Origin: Thiobacillaceae bacterium
GTDB lineage: Bacteria > Pseudomonadota > Gammaproteobacteria > Burkholderiales > Thiobacillaceae
Reading direction: 5' to 3'
DNA: 64,000 nucleotides
Assembly (NCBI GenBank): GCA_035325585.1
Contig: DAOKZP010000007.1
Coordinates: forward strand, 11,604-75,603
Shown here: positions 58,796 to 64,000 of the stretch, one piece after another
Numbering within the stretch: position 1 is the stretch's first letter
Layout of the letters: each line of letters starts with the position of its first letter
Program-made: the position numbers and the translations under genes
Notes under the pieces: generated by a model
Seen by the model: only the letters and a program-made list of their open reading frames with translations
Told to the model about the DNA's origin: nothing
The model's database searches: none

Positions 58796-60765
58796 GGAGA
58801 ACCTTTCGGCAGGGGTGGGGATGGCTTCCATCGGAAAGGCGCCTTGACGATGGCGGCGAGACCATGGAGCAGAAGCTGGCCGGAATCGCGGCGCGAGCTG
58901 CGCGTCGCCCGTAGTGCGAGGTAGAAGGCGAGCGAGAAACTGACGGTCAGGTTGATGAACCCGATCAGCACGACGCCGGCGATCGACACGGCCACGACGG
59001 TCGCGGGCAGTTGCCAGTCGAATGCGTGCCAGGCGTATCCGAAGTTGGCGGCGGAAAAAGCAATGTGACGGATGTCGATCGGCAGTCCGGCCAGGCGGCC
59101 GAAGGCGGCGACCAGCCCGAGATAGAACCCGAAGAACAGGTTGCCGGCGATGCCGCCCCAGCGGTGGCCGAGCGCCTCGACGATCGCGTGCCAGAGCCGT
59201 TCGCCGAGCAGGCGCCGCGGCACGGCGAGACGGCGGAGGCGCGCGGGAATGGCGTGGTAGACGCACTGGTTGTCGTAGTAGCCGCTCACGATTCCTGCAA
59301 GGAACAATCCGACGCCCGCGATCGCCGCGTAAAGCAGCGCGGCGCTGGTGAAGGGCGCGATCTCGGCCAGCATCGTCGCGGCCTTTTCGGGGCTGATCGC
59401 GGCACGGCCGGTCGTTGCCAGGGCCAGGGCGATCGAGACGGCGGTCACGAAAGCGAGCAGCATGTTGCCGGCGATGGCGGCCGCTTGGGAACGCCAGACC
59501 TTGTCCGCGAATGCATCGAGCAGTTTCTGCTGGGCCGACTGGCTGCGCATTTCGGCAAGCGCGCGTGCGAACAGGCTTGCGGTCATCGCGGGCTGCTTGG
59601 TCGCGATGGTGAGATTCAGCAGATAGATGAGCACGAAGCCCAGTGCGTAATTGAGACTGGTGAGCAAGGCTTCCTGCAGCGGGGCCAGATGCATGGTCGC
59701 CAACTTGGCCTTGAGCAGGGCCATGCCGGCGACGAGGACGCCACCGCCGGCCGCGGCCCGGAACATTTTCCCGAGTGCGGCCCGATCCTCGGCCAGATAA
59801 TGTTCGCCCTCCTGGCCGGCGAACTGGCTGATCTGGTTGGCAAGACGGCTGGTGCTGTCCCGAATGAGGCTGCCCACGCTGTAGCGTTCGCTGCTCGCCT
59901 CGATCAGCTCGAAGAAAAGGCGCACCAGATGCGCGTGAGGGTCTTCGGTCGCGGGGTCTGCCAGTGCGATCAGGTCGCGCATGCGGGCGATCTGCTGCGC
60001 GAGCCGGGTCGATTGTTGCGTGAGCTCGATGCTGGTGCCCAGTTCCGTGCTGCGCCGCCGCACGCGATCAAGGGCCTCCGTGCACTGTTCGATCAGGACG
60101 TCGATCTGCCGCGTGTCGTCCGCGTCGCCGCGCAGCCATGCCGCGACTTCCTGGTGGAGCGCGAGAAAAGGCGAGTCGTGTTCTTCGAGTGCCGGGTCGA
60201 TGCGCAGGAGCTCGGCGTCGAGGCCGCCGGCGGCGATGCGATGCGACAGGGAGCCGATCGCGTTGACGAGCACGCCGGGCTCGTCGCGCCGGAACAGCCG
60301 CCGCAACTCCAGAAGATCGCAGATCCGGATCCAGTCCGCGGCATCCGTGGTGCGCAGCCATTCGCGATCGCGCGGCGTGACGGTGGTGTCCAGCCAGTCG
60401 CGCAGCCGATCCGGGTCGGGTTGGGGCGGCAGCAGCTTGAAAGCGACGCGTCGCCGGAGTTCGGCACCGAATGCGCGATACGGAAGAAGGCCCGCCTCGG
60501 TCAGGAGCGGCATCGCCTTCTTGCCGCTGACGAGCGCGACCAGGTGATCGCGCAGGCCCGCGACATAGAGCGGCTGTTGCTCCAGCAATTTGGTCAGCGT
60601 CCGCAGTCTGTCGTGCGCGACCGCGAGCGGCTGGTTCGCGTGGGGCCGCAGGTGAAACCAGAGACGCGCGACCAGGGCGCTGTCGGCCGCGGGCGCTTCG
60701 GCCATGCGCTCCAGGGTCTGCTCGATGAAGCGGGACGCTTTGTCGTTCGGTGCGGATGCGGCCAT
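58792..60765 (-). CDS. Gcr / 'site-specific recombinase' family membrane protein (function doubtful)
   Basis: GEHY, AAAGGG, SLNYA.GF......TIATKQPAMTA, RSQ.AAI.GN, LP.DIRHIAFS, N..VSF.LA; several C-terminal TM helices. Confidence 0.8.
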   Translation of the reverse strand: MAASAPNDKASRFIEQTLERMAEAPAADSALVARLWFHLRPHANQPLAVAHDRLRTLTKLLEQQPLYVAGLRDHLVALVSGKKAMPLLTEAGLLPYRAFGAELRRRVAFKLLPPQPDPDRLRDWLDTTVTPRDREWLRTTDAADWIRICDLLELRRLFRRDEPGVLVNAIGSLSHRIAAGGLDAELLRIDPALEEHDSPFLALHQEVAAWLRGDADDTRQIDVLIEQCTEALDRVRRRSTELGTSIELTQQSTRLAQQIARMRDLIALADPATEDPHAHLVRLFFELIEASSERYSVGSLIRDSTSRLANQISQFAGQEGEHYLAEDRAALGKMFRAAAGGGVLVAGMALLKAKLATMHLAPLQEALLTSLNYALGFVLIYLLNLTIATKQPAMTASLFARALAEMRSQSAQQKLLDAFADKVWRSQAAAIAGNMLLAFVTAVSIALALATTGRAAISPEKAATMLAEIAPFTSAALLYAAIAGVGLFLAGIVSGYYDNQCVYHAIPARLRRLAVPRRLLGERLWHAIVEALGHRWGGIAGNLFFGFYLGLVAAFGRLAGLPIDIRHIAFSAANFGYAWHAFDWQLPATVVAVSIAGVVLIGFINLTVSFSLAFYLALRATRSSRRDSGQLLLHGLAAIVKAPFRWKPSPPLPKGSP

Positions 60766-60773
60766 CGCGCCGC

Positions 60774-63700
60774 TTACAGCAGTACCCGCTCGATGCCGCC
60801 GTTGCCTACGCGGGCGAGATAATTTGTCATCCAGTTCTCGCCGAGCAGCGTTTTCGCCAGTTCGATGACGATGTAGTCGGGTTCGGTGCCCGTGTCCTCG
60901 CTGTAGCGAGACAGGCCCTGGAGGCACGCGGGGCAGCTCGTCAGGAGCTTCACGGGCTGGGTGCGCGCACCCAGCGCGGCGACGTCCGCGCGGATTTCCT
61001 CCTCCTTGCGGAAGCGGATCTGCGTCGAGATGTCGGGGCGGCTGACGGCGAGCGTGCCGGATTCCCCGCAGCAGCGGTCGGACAGCCGTACGCCGCCGCC
61101 CAGCAGCGCGTTCGCGACCTTCAGTGGCGCGTGGGTCTTCATCGGCGTATGGCAGGGATCGTGGTACAGGTACTTCTCCCCGGCCGCGTTGTCGAGTTTC
61201 ACGCCCTTTTCCATGAGGTATTCATGGATGTCGAGCAGGCGGCAGCCCGGGAAGATCTTCTCGAATTCATACTTCAGCAGCTGGTCCATGCAGGTGCCGC
61301 ACGACACGATCACCGTCTTGATGTCCAGGTAATTGAGCGTGTTGGCGATGCGGTGGAACAGAACCCGGTTGGCGGCGGTGATCGCCTCGCCCTTGTCGGC
61401 CTGGCCACCCGCGATCTGCGGATAGCCGCAGCACAGGTAGCCGGGCGGCAGCACGGTCTGGGCGCCAAGTTCGAACAGCATCGCCTGGGTGGCGAGGCCG
61501 ACCTGGGAGAACAGGCGTTCCGAACCGCAGCCCGGGAAATAGAACACCGCGTCGGATTCTTCCGAGAGCTTCGCCGGATCGCGCAGGATCGGCACGATCG
61601 AGGGATCCTCCAGCCCCAGCAGCGCGCGCGAGGTCTTTTTCGGCAGGCCGCCGGGCATCGGTTTGTTCACCAGATGGATGACCTGGGCAACGGGCTTCGG
61701 ACGCCCGAGTGTTGCCGGCGGGCGTTTCGTCTGCTCCTGGATCAGTCCCAGGCGCTTGAACAACCGGTGCCCAACGCGCTGGCCCGCGTAACCCCACTCG
61801 ATGAGCGGCTTGCGGATCGCCTTGATGGCGGTGGGATCCGTCGCGTTGAGGAAAGCCATCGACGCCCAGGTTCCGGGGTTGAATTTCTTCTTGCCTTGGC
61901 GGCTCAGCAGATTTCGCATGGCGATCGAGACGTCGCCGAAATCGATGTCGACCGGGCACGGGTTCTTGCACTTGTGGCAGATCGTGCAGTGGTCGGCGAC
62001 GTCGCTGAACTCGTCGAAATGCCGGAGCGATACGCCACGCCGCGTTTGTTCCTCATACAGGAATGCTTCGATCAGGAGCGAGGTCGCGAGGATCTTGTTG
62101 CGTGGGCTGTAGAGCAGGTTGGCCCTCGGAATGTGCGTGTTGCACACCGGCTTGCATTTGCCGCAGCGCAGGCATTCCCGGATCGAATCCGCGATGGCGC
62201 CCGTCTCGGAAGCCTCGAGGATGATCGATTCCGCTTCCAGCAGGCTGAAGGAGGGCGTGTAGGCGTTGCGCAGGTCCGCACCCGGCATGAGCTTGCCCTT
62301 GTTGAACCGGCCGTTCGGATCGACCTGGGTCTTGTAGTCGACGAAGGTCGAAATCGTCGCATCGTCGAGGAAGGCGAGTTTGGTGATCCCGATGCCGTGC
62401 TCACCCGAGATGACGCCGCCAAGATCGATCGCAAGCTTCATGATGCGTGCGACAGCCTCGTTGGCGGTCTGCAGCATGGCGTAGTCGTCCGAGTTGACGG
62501 GAATGTTGGTGTGTACGTTGCCGTCGCCCGCGTGCATGTGCAGCGCGATGAACACGCGGCTTTTCAGGACCTCGCCGTGGATGCGGTCGCACGCCACGAG
62601 GATCGGCATGTATTCGCGGCCGATGAATAACTGGTGCAGTTCGCGTCGCACCTCGCGTTTCCACGAAACGCGGATGTGCTTGTCGCGCAGCGTGGTGAAC
62701 ACCGTGCCGTCGTCGAGCGGCCGATCGAGGTTGTCCGCATAGTCCTGCCAGCGCGCCCGTACCGTTTCGATCAGTGCCAGCGCGCGTTGACGCCGTTCCT
62801 CGAGCTGTGCCGGATCCGCGATGGTGTCCTCGTCTTCGAACAGCGGCAGCTCGCCGGCGAAGAATACGGCGAGGGCATCGAGCAGTTTCAGCTTGTTGGC
62901 GATCGACAGCTCGATGTTGATGTGCTCGACGCCATCGGTATAGTCCGCAAGCCGCGGCAGCGGGATCACGACGTCCTCGTTGATCTTGAACGCGTTGGTG
63001 TGCGCCGCGATCGCCGCCGTGCGGGCCCGGTCGAGCCAGAAAATCCGGCGCGTCTCGGCGGGCACCGCGATGAAACCTTCGCCGCCGCGCGCATTGGCGA
63101 GGCGGACGATGTTCGACGCGGCCTCGCCCACGGCCGTTTCGTCGTCGGATACCACGTCGATCAGCAGCACCATGTTGGGGCGGGTGCTGCGCGGCGACTT
63201 GGTGGCGTAGCCGACCGCCTTGAGATAGCGAGCGTCGAGATGCTCGAGGCCGGCGAGCAGCACATCCGGGCGCGCGTCGCAGTAATCCTTGACTTCGACG
63301 ATCGCGGGCGTGGCGTCGCGCACCGTGCCGAAGAACTCCAGGCAGACGGTTCGGGTGTGCGCCGGCAGGCGATGCAGGATGAAGCGCGCCGACGTGATGA
63401 GACCGTCGCAGCCTTCTTTCTGGATGCCGGGCAGGCCGGCGAGGAATTTGTCGGTGACGTCCTTGCCCAGACCGATCTTGCGGAAGCGGCTGCCCGGAAT
63501 CGTGAGGATCTCCGCCGACCCTTTCGGTGTTTTGCCATCCGCCGCGAAGCGGCGTATTTCGAAGGTCGCGGCCGCAGCGTCGTGGATCTTGCCCCGGTTG
63601 TGGTCGAGCCGGGTGACTTCGATCCAGTTGGCGTCCGGCGTCACCATCCGCCACGAGACCAGATTGTCGAGCGCCGTGCCCCACAGCACCGCCCGCTTGC

Positions 63701-64000
63701 CGCCGGCGTTCATGGAGACGTTGCCGCCGATGGTCGACGCGTCGGCCGAGGTCGGGTCGACCGCGAACACGAAGCCTGCCGCGTCGGCAGCTTCCATGAC
63801 CCGCCGGGTAACGACGCCGGCCTCGCAGTGGATGGTCGGAACCTCGAAGTCGATCCCCTGCAAGGGCATCATTTCGACCGTGCTCATTGCCTCGAGCTTT
63901 TCGGTGTTGATCACCGCGGCCCGGTCGGTGAGCGGAATGGCGCCACCGGTGTAGCCGGTGCCGCCACCACGGGGGATGATCGTCAGGTCGAGCTCGATCA
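60774..64000 (-). CDS. Large FAD-linked oxidoreductase with 4Fe-4S dicluster and CCG domains (DUF3683/DUF3400 type); 5' end outside window
   Basis: Frame stays open to the window edge ([11 protein letters not shown]); [43 protein letters not shown], two CCG motifs. Confidence 0.9.
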   Translation of the reverse strand, partial: IELDLTIIPRGGGTGYTGGAIPLTDRAAVINTEKLEAMSTVEMMPLQGIDFEVPTIHCEAGVVTRRVMEAADAAGFVFAVDPTSADASTIGGNVSMNAGGKRAVLWGTALDNLVSWRMVTPDANWIEVTRLDHNRGKIHDAAAATFEIRRFAADGKTPKGSAEILTIPGSRFRKIGLGKDVTDKFLAGLPGIQKEGCDGLITSARFILHRLPAHTRTVCLEFFGTVRDATPAIVEVKDYCDARPDVLLAGLEHLDARYLKAVGYATKSPRSTRPNMVLLIDVVSDDETAVGEAASNIVRLANARGGEGFIAVPAETRRIFWLDRARTAAIAAHTNAFKINEDVVIPLPRLADYTDGVEHINIELSIANKLKLLDALAVFFAGELPLFEDEDTIADPAQLEERRQRALALIETVRARWQDYADNLDRPLDDGTVFTTLRDKHIRVSWKREVRRELHQLFIGREYMPILVACDRIHGEVLKSRVFIALHMHAGDGNVHTNIPVNSDDYAMLQTANEAVARIMKLAIDLGGVISGEHGIGITKLAFLDDATISTFVDYKTQVDPNGRFNKGKLMPGADLRNAYTPSFSLLEAESIILEASETGAIADSIRECLRCGKCKPVCNTHIPRANLLYSPRNKILATSLLIEAFLYEEQTRRGVSLRHFDEFSDVADHCTICHKCKNPCPVDIDFGDVSIAMRNLLSRQGKKKFNPGTWASMAFLNATDPTAIKAIRKPLIEWGYAGQRVGHRLFKRLGLIQEQTKRPPATLGRPKPVAQVIHLVNKPMPGGLPKKTSRALLGLEDPSIVPILRDPAKLSEESDAVFYFPGCGSERLFSQVGLATQAMLFELGAQTVLPPGYLCCGYPQIAGGQADKGEAITAANRVLFHRIANTLNYLDIKTVIVSCGTCMDQLLKYEFEKIFPGCRLLDIHEYLMEKGVKLDNAAGEKYLYHDPCHTPMKTHAPLKVANALLGGGVRLSDRCCGESGTLAVSRPDISTQIRFRKEEEIRADVAALGARTQPVKLLTSCPACLQGLSRYSEDTGTEPDYIVIELAKTLLGENWMTNYLARVGNGGIERVLL

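Noticed and set aside
58792-60765. Possible mobile element implied by the 'site-specific recombinase' family name
   Set aside because: No catalytic recombinase motifs, att sites, flanking repeats or cargo were seen; the protein is a membrane protein in a housekeeping context.
1-64000. CRISPR arrays, tRNA/rRNA genes, IS elements, exosortase (xrtA) gene
   Set aside because: None was recognised by eye. The exosortase must be encoded elsewhere, and small RNAs could be missed without a covariance-model search.

Overview
This is a GC-rich chromosomal window from a betaproteobacterium. Gene content and protein sequences resemble Thiobacillus; that assignment is inference from recalled sequences, not a search. 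The housekeeping flanks are accC(3')-prmA-DUF3426, gcvT-H-PA-tpx-gcvPB, dgkA, a PfkB kinase, slyB, olsBA, apaH, a glutaredoxin and rep on the left. On the right are mrcA, pilMNOPQ-aroK, VanZ, a DHH phosphoesterase, a Sat/CysC-type APS kinase, an SSS transporter, ubiBJE, phoBR, HIT, a Gcr-like membrane protein and a large FAD/Fe-S oxidoreductase. Between them lies a ~24 kb PEP-CTERM/exosortase-associated region (15.1-38.8 kb) carrying prsK, prsR, two prsT paralogs and a TIGR03013 sugar transferase. Two PEP-CTERM genes point outward and have promoters with identical spacing (17-bp enhancer, 32 nt, IHF-like site, 19 nt, sigma54 site). They bracket a nine-gene module, which is the best candidate for an undescribed system. 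Five genes form a Lol-like trans-envelope transporter: two LolC/E-type permeases, an FHA-fused LolD-type ATPase, a LolA-like sorting protein and an outer-membrane barrel. The other four are a glycosyltransferase resembling mycobacterial phenolic-glycolipid rhamnosyltransferases, a Cys-rich GMC oxidoreductase, a stand-alone E2-type acyltransferase domain lacking its catalytic His/Asp, and an SRPBCC protein. The module may make or modify a glycolipid, or traffic lipid-anchored PEP-CTERM proteins. No rRNA, tRNA, CRISPR array or transposase was recognised.
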